Positions 1 through 10,274 are shown, counted from the first letter of the stretch. The stretch: DNA of 64,000 nucleotides from an uncultured Gammaproteobacteria bacterium (GCA_964535655.1 CAZHTP010000004.1:75108-139107); one strand, 5' to 3'. Notes: generated by a model from the sequence alone, not told the origin. Numbers and translations: made by a program.

Positions 1-1
1 A

Positions 2-148
2 GGGCGCAGAGCTGATGTTTTACGAATTGTACAACCAACAGAAAGACTTGAGGAAGCCTATGCGGGCAAAGTAGGACCTTTATCTGTGGTAACTCAGACC
101 ATGCTTATTCATTGTTTAACAGCTGAGGCTAGTGGTGGCTTGCGTTAA
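2..148 (+). CDS. 3' end of an upstream gene (partial, enters from window edge); hypothetical protein C-terminus
   Basis: Open frame 2 from the window start to TAA at 146-148 (…RADVLRIVQPTERLEEAYAGKVGPLSVVTQTMLIHCLTAEASGGLR*). Its end overlaps the pepF stop convergently by 4 nt. No family recognised. Confidence 0.3.
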   Translation, partial: GRRADVLRIVQPTERLEEAYAGKVGPLSVVTQTMLIHCLTAEASGGLR

Positions 149-1983
149 ATTTTGCCTAACTTTTTTGCCAGCTTTTCAGTCTCATTTAGTAAATTTTCAA
201 TTTCATCTAGTCCTTTGTTCCAAAAATTTTTGTCGGCAATATTAACATCCATTTGGGCGAATATGCTTTTAGGAGAGGAGGATGTTCCGGATGAGAGGAA
301 TCCTTTTACTTTTTCAATAAAGGAATGATCTTTTTTGACCGAACTTTGTAATGACTTTGAAATTAATAGGCCGCTGGCGTAGGAATAGACATAGAAGAAT
401 GAGCGGATGTGTGACCAGTACACCCACCAGTTTTGTCCTCCTTTAGATTGCTCAACAAAATCTCCCATATACGCCTTCATGTTCTTAGTAAAGATTTCTC
501 CGATATTTTCTTTGGAAAGGTATCCCTTTTCGCGGAATGCTGCGTGTAAATCCTGCTCAAATTTATAGCAGGAGACTTGTCTAAAGATCGAGGAAACATC
601 GTCGTTTAATTTCATCATCATGATAGCAAGTTTGGTTTCATTGTCTGAGTCTTTAAGGAGTTCCTGTAGTACGAAATCTTCCATAAAGGTGCTTGCAACC
701 TCAGCAGTTGATGTTGGTGTGCCAAAGTTTAGGGCATTTTGTTTTTCTTTCATGAGCTCATCGTTGATACCGTGTCCAAATTCATGGGCTATTGTTAGCA
801 CGTCGTTGAGTTTTTTGGTGAAGTTAAGAAGCACATAGGTTGGTTGAGACTTTAAATTGTAGGCACAGAATGCACCACCACGTTTCCCTTTATTGGGCAT
901 GGCGTCAACTTTACCGGTTTCGACAAACATTTTAGCGATTTGGGCAAATTGAGGGTCTAGCTGAGTGAAAACATGATAGACTAAATCTACCGCTTCCTGA
1001 TACGAATAGGTTTTGTCGATTGCACCATATTCGACATTGCGTTCATGGTAGGCTAGTTTTTCTTGTCCCATTAATTTTGCTTTGAGTTGGTAAAACTTGT
1101 TCGGGATCATATTGCGTGATGAGACTGCCTTGATTAGTGCGTCGACAACGTCGGTTTCGATATCGTCTGCAAGGTGCCTTGCTGTATCCGGGCGTCCCAT
1201 GCCTCGTAGATCGTCGTTTATTTTTTTATTTCCAAAGATTGAGTTTAGTTCATTTTCCGCAACCTCCGCCCATTTAGCATTAATTGTATCGAAGGCTTGA
1301 GCGGCGCTGTCGCGCGTTTCCTTATTTTTTGATGAGGTAAGGGTGGCGATTTCGGAGAAGTTTTTAACTTGTTTGGTGCCATCCTCAGTGATAACTTCGG
1401 CTTCTTCTTTCGAAAGAAAGGTTGAGGTCATTTTTACCCAGTTGTAATGTGAAGTGGTGGCTTTAAGATTTAAGATTTTTTCTTCAGGCTCGCTTAGTAA
1501 ATATTTAGATTGTTTAAAGAGATTTTCTAAATAGTGCTTATATGGCGCAAGGGAACTATTTGCGAGAAATTTCTCTTGCTGATTTTCTGGGATTTTTGAG
1601 ATACGCATCTCGAAAAATTGGATATCGTTTAAGATTTTGTTGGCAAAATCTTCAAGCTGATTTTCTTTGGCTTTCAGTTCAGGGCTTATTGAATCCTGGG
1701 AGCTGCGGAGTGAGAAATAGTAGCCAAAATTACCTGAAGTGCTTGTGTAATGCTGCCAGTTTTCAAATTCATCGAGAGCTTGTTTGAGCAGTGCCGGTTG
1801 TTGTAAATAATCTTCACGGTCTTTCCATTTGTTTATAAAACAATATGATTCTTCGGTAACTTTTTTCTTTTGTTCTTCAAGTTCTGGTGAGTTGTCTGAT
1901 GTGAGGAGGGGGGAGAGATCCCAGGTTAATTTTGAGGTGTTTAGCTTTGTCATATTCTTAATTATACCATTTATTTGGGGCAT
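145..1983 (-). CDS. pepF: Oligoendopeptidase F (M3B zinc metallopeptidase)
   Basis: 612 aa with the HEXXH zinc site in the context TIAHEFGHGINDE; length and overall layout typical of the M3B PepF family. Confidence 0.8.
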   Translation of the reverse strand: MPQINGIIKNMTKLNTSKLTWDLSPLLTSDNSPELEEQKKKVTEESYCFINKWKDREDYLQQPALLKQALDEFENWQHYTSTSGNFGYYFSLRSSQDSISPELKAKENQLEDFANKILNDIQFFEMRISKIPENQQEKFLANSSLAPYKHYLENLFKQSKYLLSEPEEKILNLKATTSHYNWVKMTSTFLSKEEAEVITEDGTKQVKNFSEIATLTSSKNKETRDSAAQAFDTINAKWAEVAENELNSIFGNKKINDDLRGMGRPDTARHLADDIETDVVDALIKAVSSRNMIPNKFYQLKAKLMGQEKLAYHERNVEYGAIDKTYSYQEAVDLVYHVFTQLDPQFAQIAKMFVETGKVDAMPNKGKRGGAFCAYNLKSQPTYVLLNFTKKLNDVLTIAHEFGHGINDELMKEKQNALNFGTPTSTAEVASTFMEDFVLQELLKDSDNETKLAIMMMKLNDDVSSIFRQVSCYKFEQDLHAAFREKGYLSKENIGEIFTKNMKAYMGDFVEQSKGGQNWWVYWSHIRSFFYVYSYASGLLISKSLQSSVKKDHSFIEKVKGFLSSGTSSSPKSIFAQMDVNIADKNFWNKGLDEIENLLNETEKLAKKLGKI

Positions 1984-2030
1984 CTTTCTTTTGTCGAGCT
2001 TTGATTAGAAGAGACTTTCTCGCTGAATAC

Positions 2031-2117
2031 TACGCCGACACGCTTAACGCTTCGGCTTCGCCTTGCGTTTAAAGCTCTGCTTCGTCATTTTGGTTTGACG
2101 AAGAAGGTCGTCTAAAG
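2031..2117. repeat. Intergenic structured repeat, copy A (about 80% identical to copy B at 11574-11664)
   Basis: Shared core acgYcgacacgcttaacgcttcg…tgcgttta[ag]aagctc…catt…ggttt…aggtcg. Internal 7-bp hairpin cttcgtc/gacgaag around a 10-nt loop. Confidence 0.5.
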
Positions 2118-2152
2118 TATTTCAGCTTCGAAAGTCTGAGTTATAATAAGCT

Positions 2153-2794
2153 ATGAGATCTTCTGAAGACACTTCAGCAATGTTACAAAAACTGGAAACT
2201 GTGTATGGAGATGTTGAAGCGTTTTTGCATCACAAGTCGCCTTTTCAATTGCTGGTTGCCGTGATTTTATCTGCACAAACCACTGATATTTTAGTTAACA
2301 AAGTAACGCCTGCATTGTTTGAAAAATATCCTGATCCCGCTTCTTTAAAAAATGCTCCCGTAGAGAATGTAACTTTTTTGGTTAACAGGATAAATTATTA
2401 CAAAACTAAAGCAAAAAATTTGATTGGGATGGCAAAGCTTATTGATGAACAGTTTGGAGGGGTGGTTCCGCAAACTATTGAGGAGTTAGTTATATTGCCT
2501 GGAGTGGGGCGTAAAGTTGCTAATGTGATTGTGGGAGATATTTTTAAAAAGCCTCTAGGAATTGTTGTGGATACACATATTAAGCGGGTTTCCTATCGTG
2601 CAGGTTGGACGGAAGCGGTTGATCCGAAGAAAATTGAACAGGATTTAATGCAGCAGTGGCCTTTATCGTATTGGGTGGAAACTCCAAAGCGGATGATTTT
2701 GGTAGGCAGGCAGTATTGTTTTGCAAATAAGCCTCCTGATTGTGGACATTGTCCACTACGAGAGTTGTGTTGGAAACGAATTACTCAATCATAA
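2153..2794 (+). CDS. nth: Endonuclease III (DNA glycosylase/AP lyase)
   Basis: HhH-GPD signature [16 protein letters not shown]-terminal 4Fe-4S cluster motif C-x6-C-x2-C-x5-C ([18 protein letters not shown]). 213 aa. Confidence 0.85.
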   Translation: MRSSEDTSAMLQKLETVYGDVEAFLHHKSPFQLLVAVILSAQTTDILVNKVTPALFEKYPDPASLKNAPVENVTFLVNRINYYKTKAKNLIGMAKLIDEQFGGVVPQTIEELVILPGVGRKVANVIVGDIFKKPLGIVVDTHIKRVSYRAGWTEAVDPKKIEQDLMQQWPLSYWVETPKRMILVGRQYCFANKPPDCGHCPLRELCWKRITQS

Positions 2795-4871
2795 TCTTTC
2801 CATTTACCACTTCGATATTTACGGTATCTCCTGGTTTTTTACGACCTTCGATAAACTGCAAGGCTACTTCATCGAGGATGGTGGATTCGATTAATCTACG
2901 CAAAGGTCTTGCGCCATATACCGGATCGTAGCCAATTTTGGCAAGCAGCGCTTTAACTTTGTCGGAGATATTCATCTTAAGGTGTTGTTTTTCAAGGCGT
3001 TTGCGAATATCCTCCAGCAGGATATTAACAATTTGTTCAATGTTGTTTTCAGTTAGTTTATTGAAAATAATAATATTATCTAGGCGATTAAGAAATTCCG
3101 GACGGAAAAAGGTTTTAAGTTCGTCTTCCGGAAGGTTGGATGTCATTATGATGAGCGTATTTCTAAAGTCTACTACTCGGCCATTGCCATCGGTTAACCG
3201 ACCATCATCTAATATTTGCAAAAAAACGTTAAACACTTGTTGATGCGCTTTTTCTACCTCATCAAATAGAATTACTGAATATGGACGGCGGTGAACGGCT
3301 TCGGTTAATTGGCCACCTTCTTCGTATCCAACGTAGCCTGGTGGTGCGCCTATTAAACGAGCTACATTGTGCGGTTCGGTGTATTCGGTCATGTCGATAC
3401 GAATTAAGGCACTTTCGTCGTCAAATAGAAATTCTGCAAGTGCTTTGGCTGTTTCTGTTTTACCGACACCAGTTGGACCAAGGAAAAGAAATGATCCGAT
3501 AGGCCGATTAGGTTGAGAAAGTCCGGTGCGTGAACGCCTGATCGCGTTAGCAACTTTATTTAAGGCTTCATTTTGTCCCACTACATGTTTGTGTAGTTCG
3601 CTTTCTAAGTGCTCGAGTTTATGCGATTCAGACATTAATAATTTAGTTAATGGGATACCTGTCCAACGAGAAACAACTTTGGCAACATCTTCGGCGATTA
3701 CTTCTTCGCGCAAGATCCGTTCTTCTTCAGGAATTTTATTCCATTCTATATCTGCTTGTTTTAGTTTTTCTTCAAGCTGCGGGAGTTTCCCATATTGAAT
3801 TTCGGCGGCTTTCTGAAGATCTACTTCGCGTTGTGCTTTTTCTAATTCAGCTTTGGCTTTATCTATGTCTGTTTTTATTTTTTGGATGTCTGAGATGAGG
3901 GCTTTTTGTTTTAACCACCGTTTTTCCATAGCATTGGCATTTTCTTTAAGTGAAAGTAACTCAGCAGCGATATATGTTGAGCGTTCCTTAGCGTTTTCGG
4001 TTTTTTCTTTTTTTAGTGCGGCTTGTTCAATCTCTAGCTGGATCATTTTACGTTTCATAGTGTCTAACTCAATCGGCATAGATTGTGTTTCTATTTTTAG
4101 AGCGCTTGTCGCCTCGTCGATAAGGTCGACGGCTTTATCTGGCAAAAAACGATCGGTTATATATCTGGTTGAAAGTTCAACGGATGCTATTAAGGCGTCG
4201 TCGGTAATACGTATTCCGTGGTGTAATTCATATTTTTCTTTGATTCCACGTAATATAGTTATGGAATCTTCGGCTGATGGTTCATCAACAAAAACTGGCT
4301 GGAATCTTCGTTCCAGAGCCTGATCTTTTTCTATGTATTGTCGATATTCCTTGACGGTTGTGGCGCCGATACAGCGTAATTGGCCACGTGCAAGCGCTGG
4401 CTTTAGAATATTTGCAGCATCCATGGCACCTTCTCCGCCGTTTCCTGCACCAACCAAAATATGTAATTCATCGATAAAAAGTATGTACTGGTCAGGCTTT
4501 TTCTCAATCGCTTTAACGATATTTTTAATTCTTTCTTCAAATTCGCCACGATATTTTGCGCCAGCAAGAACCATCGCAATATCTAAAACTAAGAGGTCTT
4601 TGCTTTGCAGTGTTTCTGGGACATCCTTGGAAACAATTCGTTGAGCAAGTCCCTCCACGATTGCGGTTTTTCCAACGCCTGGATCGCCTATAAGGACTGG
4701 GTTGTTTTTAGTTCGCCGTGAGAGTACTTGCATAAGGCGGCGTACCTCTTCGTTTCTGCCTATAACAGGATCAAGTTTTCCGCTTTTTGCATCATTAGTT
4801 AGATTGTGCGTGAATTTTTGCAAGGCATTCTCGCGGCCGTCGTCATAGTCTGGTGGAAGGTTAGTGTTCAT
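2781..4871 (-). CDS. clpB: ClpB-type AAA+ disaggregase lacking the N-terminal domain
   Basis: Two Walker A boxes (GDPGVGKT and GPTGVGKTE). A long coiled-coil middle domain lies between the NBDs ([21 protein letters not shown]…), which is ClpB-specific. Only 696 aa, so no N-domain. Confidence 0.85.
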   Translation of the reverse strand: MNTNLPPDYDDGRENALQKFTHNLTNDAKSGKLDPVIGRNEEVRRLMQVLSRRTKNNPVLIGDPGVGKTAIVEGLAQRIVSKDVPETLQSKDLLVLDIAMVLAGAKYRGEFEERIKNIVKAIEKKPDQYILFIDELHILVGAGNGGEGAMDAANILKPALARGQLRCIGATTVKEYRQYIEKDQALERRFQPVFVDEPSAEDSITILRGIKEKYELHHGIRITDDALIASVELSTRYITDRFLPDKAVDLIDEATSALKIETQSMPIELDTMKRKMIQLEIEQAALKKEKTENAKERSTYIAAELLSLKENANAMEKRWLKQKALISDIQKIKTDIDKAKAELEKAQREVDLQKAAEIQYGKLPQLEEKLKQADIEWNKIPEEERILREEVIAEDVAKVVSRWTGIPLTKLLMSESHKLEHLESELHKHVVGQNEALNKVANAIRRSRTGLSQPNRPIGSFLFLGPTGVGKTETAKALAEFLFDDESALIRIDMTEYTEPHNVARLIGAPPGYVGYEEGGQLTEAVHRRPYSVILFDEVEKAHQQVFNVFLQILDDGRLTDGNGRVVDFRNTLIIMTSNLPEDELKTFFRPEFLNRLDNIIIFNKLTENNIEQIVNILLEDIRKRLEKQHLKMNISDKVKALLAKIGYDPVYGARPLRRLIESTILDEVALQFIEGRKKPGDTVNIEVVNGKIMIE

Positions 4872-5046
4872 ATATATTTACTTTATTTTGAAGAATTTGC
4901 TGCTCGAAAATTTGAAGTTTAAGGTTTCCTACCTTTTAGTTTTTTTGCTCTCGGGCTTTGCATAAGTGAATCCAGGACGGATGCAAATTTTCTGCGCTAC
5001 AAAATTCTCCAAAATCTGAATAATTAAAAATATTATAGAATATTTT

Positions 5047-5080
5047 GTCAAATTTGGCAATCTCCTATTCTGAGTGCTAA
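5047..5080. promoter_or_regulatory. Putative heat-shock operator upstream of clpB (CIRCE-like inverted repeat, overlapping a CtsR-like GTCAAA element)
   Basis: TTGGCAATC-N9-GAGTGCTAA at 5054-5080 matches CIRCE (TTAGCACTC-N9-GAGTGCTAA) in 16 of 18 positions with the exact 9-nt spacer. The overlapping tGTCAAAtttGGCAAt at 5047-5062 loosely resembles a CtsR heptad repeat. It lies about 185 nt upstream of the clpB start. Confidence 0.3.
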
Positions 5081-5163
5081 TACGTCTGCGACTTATTTGC
5101 TTTAGAGTAGCAGTGCCGCAAAAGGTGTGGACGTTTACTCAGTGATTTTGATACAGTAGAGGC

Positions 5164-5358
5164 ATGCAAGAGATGGTTGATGCTAAAAGCTATCGAGAAG
5201 ATCCGTATATGGATCAATTGGAGGGGCAAATAGTTCATAAACAAGTGCGAGAATATTTTACTGATAGTATGTTGTTCTTTGTGATCTTTTTTTTAGGTGT
5301 AATTATTTTAGGCGTTGTGTTAGGTATTTATGGGGCTCTTTACTTTACCTCGAAATAG
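5164..5358 (+). CDS. Small hypothetical protein with C-terminal transmembrane helix
   Basis: 64 aa ORF with a hydrophobic C-terminus (FFVIFFLGVIILGVVLGIYGALYF), immediately upstream of the rhodanese gene. Confidence 0.3.
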   Translation: MQEMVDAKSYREDPYMDQLEGQIVHKQVREYFTDSMLFFVIFFLGVIILGVVLGIYGALYFTSK

Positions 5359-5401
5359 TCTCATTCTTCACATTTTCCTCTCTTTTTAGTAAAATACGTG
5401 C

Positions 5402-6280
5402 ATGTCTGAATTTACTGTTTTACTATATTACAAATATGTACCTATTGGCGACGTGCAGGAAGTACGTGATTGGCAGTTTGCGCTCTGTGAGAAATTGTCT
5501 CTAAAAGGAAGAATTCTTATTGCCAAGGAAGGCATTAATGGTACTGTTTGCGGTACTCATGAAGCTACTGAAGAATACAAACGCATTACTGGTTCTGATG
5601 CACGATTTGTGGATATTACTTATAAAGAAAGTGATGCACATGAACAGGTTTTTCCAAAACTACGAGTAGTGGTTCGTGACGAGATTGTAACTCTTGGCGT
5701 CGGTAACGATGTAAGTGCCGATCACGGCGCTGAACATATTTCTCCTGCTGATCTTAACAGTTTGTTACATAGTGGCGAAGAGTTTTATTTGTTTGATGCA
5801 CGAAACAATTATGAATCTATGGTAGGGAAGTTTTGCAACGCAATTACGCCTGATGTAGATAATTTTAGAGATCTTCCAGCAAAGTTAAAAGAATTTGAGT
5901 TTTTGAAAAACAAGAAAGTTGTAACCTACTGTACTGGTGGTGTGCGCTGCGAAAAATTCTCGGCACTAATGAAAAAAGAAGGATTTGAGAATGTGTATCA
6001 GTTGGATGGCGGTATTGTAACGTATGGTGAACAATTTCCCGATGATGGGTGGGAGGGGAAATGTTATGTTTTTGATAAGCGAATTATGGTGGATATAAAT
6101 ACTCCTGAAAAAGAAGTGCTCGTTTCCACTTGTCATCATTGTGGTACACCTAGTGCACGAATGATTAATTGTGCAAATGTTCTGTGCAATAAGCAAATTG
6201 TTTGCTGTGAAGCATGTGATGCTCAGTTTCAGGGTGGATGTCGTGAGGAATGTGCAAAGAAAAGCCGTTACATGGGGTAG
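5402..6280 (+). CDS. Rhodanese-domain protein, UPF0176/TrhO (YceA)-like tRNA U34 hydroxylase candidate
   Basis: Rhodanese active-site context YCTGGVRCEKFSALMKKEGFENVYQLDGGI. N-terminal MSEFTVLLYYKY… is typical of the YceA family. C-terminal Cys-rich zinc-finger tail. Confidence 0.6.
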   Translation: MSEFTVLLYYKYVPIGDVQEVRDWQFALCEKLSLKGRILIAKEGINGTVCGTHEATEEYKRITGSDARFVDITYKESDAHEQVFPKLRVVVRDEIVTLGVGNDVSADHGAEHISPADLNSLLHSGEEFYLFDARNNYESMVGKFCNAITPDVDNFRDLPAKLKEFEFLKNKKVVTYCTGGVRCEKFSALMKKEGFENVYQLDGGIVTYGEQFPDDGWEGKCYVFDKRIMVDINTPEKEVLVSTCHHCGTPSARMINCANVLCNKQIVCCEACDAQFQGGCREECAKKSRYMG

Positions 6281-6326
6281 AGTTAGTTCTTGTATTGTCA
6301 TACTTCTATTTGTACTCTAGAAGTAC

Positions 6327-7208
6327 ATGGGAATTCTCAGGTATTTTTTACGTTTATTCACACTTCGTTTTTACATTACCATAGTAAATGGTACCCAGCG
6401 ATTTAATCCTTTTCTTTCTCTCTTTATTCTCTGTTTATTATGGGTGATTAACCCAACGATCACTCTTTACACCGATGGGTATGTTTTTGCTCAAGGGTTT
6501 GAAGCGCAGGTTTCGACGTTGATTGACCGTATGTATCCAGATGATCTAGAAGTTCGTATCCAAAACGGAATTGTTTCTACGAGTGTTCAAGAGCCGTATT
6601 ATGTCACTGTTTCACCAGAAACTTTTAAAGGTACTTTTTTGGAAAGTAAGAATAGGACTTCGGATTATAAGCAGCGATTACTTGCAATTGATACTCATGG
6701 CCGCGCCGAAGATTTTGAACGTTACCAGGCTTCGGCGCTTTTAACTGATCGCAGTTTGGTTTATTACAATGACAATAAAATTCGTATTCAACCATTGCGT
6801 GAATCTGAGAATATGTTGATTACAAAGAAAATAGTACAAGAAGGATTTCAAAGGATAACTGATAAAACTCATATTGGACAATGGTTGCGCATTGGTGTCA
6901 TTGTTTTGCCTTTTTTACTTGTTATTGGATTATATATCGTTAAGTGGATTGCGTTACTTTGGTATGCCTTACTTGTTTGGGGTTTGATGAAAATTTTTAT
7001 TCCAGGGGCTCGTTTCGGGCAAAGTATCATCTACACAGCTGCTGTCTCTTTTATTCCTGGTGTTTTTAGCACACTTATTCCGCTCATTCCAAATTTACCT
7101 TCGTATATGTCAATTGTACTTTCTTTGATGCCTTTAGCGGTTTTAACGCTTGCATATTTAGGTGTTTACTATGCTACACATGAGCAAAAGTTGGAGGTGC
7201 AATCGTGA
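6327..7208 (+). CDS. Polytopic membrane protein (N-terminal TM, central exported domain, C-terminal TM bundle)
   Basis: Hydrophobic segments at N- and C-terminus. Overlaps lepB by 4 nt (ATGA-type coupling), so likely co-transcribed. Confidence 0.4.
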   Translation: MGILRYFLRLFTLRFYITIVNGTQRFNPFLSLFILCLLWVINPTITLYTDGYVFAQGFEAQVSTLIDRMYPDDLEVRIQNGIVSTSVQEPYYVTVSPETFKGTFLESKNRTSDYKQRLLAIDTHGRAEDFERYQASALLTDRSLVYYNDNKIRIQPLRESENMLITKKIVQEGFQRITDKTHIGQWLRIGVIVLPFLLVIGLYIVKWIALLWYALLVWGLMKIFIPGARFGQSIIYTAAVSFIPGVFSTLIPLIPNLPSYMSIVLSLMPLAVLTLAYLGVYYATHEQKLEVQS

Positions 7209-8590
7209 GGCCGCAAGCTCGTAATTTAATAGCATTCTTCTTTTTGCCTTTTGTGCTTGTTTATGACATAGCAAAGTCACAAAGACTTCCTTGGAAAAAA
7301 TTTCTTTATATACTTTTTGTTTTCGTTTTTTTTGGTTCGATTTGGTGGGGTGGGTATAATCGCGTAATTGATCCGGTATATGCTCATTATTTCCCTAAGA
7401 AGGCTGCTCCAGCATCTAAGTTTGGACCTCCTGATTCAAAAGATTCTTGGAAAGTTCCAGTGATTGGTACATCAATGTTACCAACGATCCAAACTCCAAC
7501 AACGGTCACACTTTATAATCCTAAAAAATATGGTCTAGAGCGATTTGATATTGTCTCACTTAAGAATAATCAAACAGATGGTCGTTATTATATGAAACGA
7601 ATCATTGGTATGCCTGGTGACCATTATTCAATTAAGAATGGATATGTAACGATTAATGGACAGATACTTAAGGAGCCATATGTTCTTAATGAGTTGCCTA
7701 CATATGGGAATTCGGCACTATCTGACTGTGAGGACTATCTTGTACCAGAACACTCATTTGTAGTGATGGGTGATAATCGTACTGTAAGTCAGGATTCGCG
7801 TATTATTGGGTTTGTCGATCGCGCGGATATTGAAGGAGTTATAAAGGTTCATTTGAAAGTTTCGTATCTTTCGCCAGACGAAGCCAAAAATGTACTAGTA
7901 AAAAGTGTTGATGCTAAGAAATTTGTTGAACTACTTAACTCTCATCGGGATGCTTCAAGAAGTGGTACGTTACGATTGAGTAGTAAGTTAAATGGGGTTG
8001 CTTCTAAACGAAGTGTTATGGTTCGGGATCAATTTGATTCTTGGAAAAAACTGCAATTGCCGGTCGATCAAACCCTGGAAAAAGAAGGGTATCGTTTTAA
8101 TCTTTCGCATGAATATGTGACGTTTGGTTATCTTGACGAGTCTGCTTTATCTAATCAAATACTTGAATCGGTAAAAGAAAAGGACGAGTTTTTATCTGGT
8201 AAATATCTTGATGTCGGTGTTGGAACAAGTGAACGGGTAGTCGGATCTTGCACGTATCCTGTTATAAGTGTGATTTTAGGTTGGCCAAGTAATCCCGATT
8301 ATCCTAAAGCAACAATAGATTCGTGGAAGCAAGAGATGGATACAACGGCACAGAATCTTAAATATCTACAAAGTTTTGTCGGAAATAGCTCCTACGATCA
8401 AATAAAAATTCGTCGCTATATTACTCTTGAAGCAAAAATGAATGAGATCTCAACACGATTGTATATGCGAACTAAAAATAACCAGTGGTTTACTGATGCA
8501 GATAATCGGGACTTTGATATGAACGAAAAATTAATCCAAGAGACAAACGCACTGGATCGGGATTTATTTTCTGATACTTATAAAAATTAA
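7205..8590 (+). CDS. lepB: Signal peptidase I (S26) with an approximately 250-aa C-terminal extension
   Basis: N-terminal TM; catalytic Ser box SMLPTI; Lys box KRIIGMPGD; conserved GDNRTVSQDSR. The SPase domain ends around residue 210 and 250 further residues follow. Confidence 0.8.
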   Translation: MRPQARNLIAFFFLPFVLVYDIAKSQRLPWKKFLYILFVFVFFGSIWWGGYNRVIDPVYAHYFPKKAAPASKFGPPDSKDSWKVPVIGTSMLPTIQTPTTVTLYNPKKYGLERFDIVSLKNNQTDGRYYMKRIIGMPGDHYSIKNGYVTINGQILKEPYVLNELPTYGNSALSDCEDYLVPEHSFVVMGDNRTVSQDSRIIGFVDRADIEGVIKVHLKVSYLSPDEAKNVLVKSVDAKKFVELLNSHRDASRSGTLRLSSKLNGVASKRSVMVRDQFDSWKKLQLPVDQTLEKEGYRFNLSHEYVTFGYLDESALSNQILESVKEKDEFLSGKYLDVGVGTSERVVGSCTYPVISVILGWPSNPDYPKATIDSWKQEMDTTAQNLKYLQSFVGNSSYDQIKIRRYITLEAKMNEISTRLYMRTKNNQWFTDADNRDFDMNEKLIQETNALDRDLFSDTYKN

Positions 8591-9291
8591 ATACCATTAA
8601 TTTCTTTGTTTAGCTTTTCCCACTGACCTTTTCTTAGAATTAATTGTGGATCACTGGCAATAATTTCGGAGGCTTTGTTTAAATGAATTTTGGCTTGCGC
8701 CATATTCTCTTTATAGACCATTTCAGCTGTTTGCATATGTGCTCCAGAAAGCCATACCTTTTTTTCGAATTCTGGCGCATCATTTGTTTCCTCTAATTCC
8801 TTAATTGCTTCTTCCATGCTTTTTAATGCCCCTTGGTTCCCAGATTTGTACTTTGCGTATGCTAAATGAGATTTTATATCTGCTCGAATTGCCACTTTAT
8901 TATGTTGGGGAGAAGGATGATTTGTGCTTAATTCTAATGCCTGCTGATAGTTTTGTGCTGCTTCGTGGTATTTTTTTTCCAATTCGTACGCTTTCCCTAG
9001 GTTAAAGTAGGGAATAGCAAGCGCGGTAGGGTTGTTTGTTTGCTTGGCTATTTCGACTCCTGCTTGTGCGTTCAATCTGGCTAAAATAAGATAACTTGGC
9101 GCATGTGTTTTTTGATAGAGATGTTTAAATATTATGAAACGTGCAGATTGAGTTTCTGCTTGACCTGCGATATTTTCTTCTTCTTGATAGATTAAGGTGG
9201 CTTCGTCGGTGAGCACTAGCGCTTCTAAAAAATCGCCTTGCTGTGTTTTTTGGATTGCTTTTGAATGAGTCTCTTGGGCACTTTTTTTCAT
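8587..9291 (-). CDS. TPR-repeat protein
   Basis: Repeated 34-residue helical motifs with the W/LG/Y/A/F/AP pattern (e.g. AIPYFNLGKAYELEKKYHEAAQNYQQALEL). Confidence 0.55.
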   Translation of the reverse strand: MKKSAQETHSKAIQKTQQGDFLEALVLTDEATLIYQEEENIAGQAETQSARFIIFKHLYQKTHAPSYLILARLNAQAGVEIAKQTNNPTALAIPYFNLGKAYELEKKYHEAAQNYQQALELSTNHPSPQHNKVAIRADIKSHLAYAKYKSGNQGALKSMEEAIKELEETNDAPEFEKKVWLSGAHMQTAEMVYKENMAQAKIHLNKASEIIASDPQLILRKGQWEKLNKEINGI

Positions 9292-9293
9292 AG

Positions 9294-10274
9294 TTACTTT
9301 TTATGTTCCTCGTTGTGGATATATCGTATTATTGTTGGAATGCTTGCGGCAATAGGTAGTGCTATAAATGCGCCTACTATTCCCGCAAGGGAGCCACCAA
9401 CCAAAACGGCAATAAAGCTTAATGCAGGGGAAAGATCCAAAGCTTTGTTGTATACGTTGGGAGAAAGAATATTGTTTTCAATTTGCTGATACACAATAAA
9501 TAGTAAGAGAGTAAGAACGCCAACTCCCGGGGAGATGGTGAAAGCGATAATGACAGCTGGTGTCGCTCCAATAAAGGCTCCAATTTGTGGCAGTAAATCG
9601 GTAAGAGTGGCAAATAATGCTAATGGAGCAGCATAAGGAACTCCGATAAAATACAGACCAATAAAAATTACTGTCCCACACACTGCTGAGATAATTAAAT
9701 TCCCGCGAATGTATTGCCCATTAATTCTTGTTACATCTTCGGCTAGTTTCTTTATTTTTTCTTGATTTTCATCTGGAATTAAGGAAAGAACTAACTCGTT
9801 GAGACGCTTGGAATCTACTATGAAATATAATGTTAAGAAAATAACCGTGAAAAACCTGGTAACGTAGCCGGTAATTTTTGAAGTTGATTGTAATACATAG
9901 GAACCTGCGTTTTGTGCATATTGAGAAAAGTCTATGTTTCGAAGTTCAGGTGGGAGTAAAGAGGATTTGTTTACTACGGTGTTAACCTGTTGAATTACTT
10001 CAGGAAATTGCTGAATTAATCCGGGAACTATTGTAATAATTATTATGATAATAGGTATAAACAAGACAAAAACCACGAGAATCGCGGCGAGTACAATTGG
10101 TATTCCGCGTTTTATCAGTTTGTATACCAGTGGGAATAGCGCTGATGCAAGCATGATAGAAACAAGAATGAGGAGAATGGTATCAAATAAATACCAACAC
10201 AACCATATTGTTCCAACAATAATTACAACTCGTGTCAGGGCTTTCCAGCTGAGAGGATGTTCCGTTTTTGTCAT
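9294..10274 (-). CDS. AI-2E family transporter (PerM/UPF0118)
   Basis: About 8 TM helices, 326 aa. Family signature …IPQIGAFIGATPAVIIAF… and YQQIENNILSPNVYNKAL… followed by the glycine-rich last helix. Confidence 0.7.
   Translation of the reverse strand: MTKTEHPLSWKALTRVVIIVGTIWLCWYLFDTILLILVSIMLASALFPLVYKLIKRGIPIVLAAILVVFVLFIPIIIIIITIVPGLIQQFPEVIQQVNTVVNKSSLLPPELRNIDFSQYAQNAGSYVLQSTSKITGYVTRFFTVIFLTLYFIVDSKRLNELVLSLIPDENQEKIKKLAEDVTRINGQYIRGNLIISAVCGTVIFIGLYFIGVPYAAPLALFATLTDLLPQIGAFIGATPAVIIAFTISPGVGVLTLLLFIVYQQIENNILSPNVYNKALDLSPALSFIAVLVGGSLAGIVGAFIALPIAASIPTIIRYIHNEEHKK

Noticed and set aside
2938-4644. Several plus-strand ORFs of 73-156 aa (2938-3243, 3281-3502, 3526-3798, 3650-3898, 3853-4323, 4333-4644) antisense to clpB
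   Set aside because: They lie entirely inside the well-supported clpB reading frame on the opposite strand. They are Ser/Leu/Arg-rich as expected for antisense translation of an AT-rich gene, and have no motifs.
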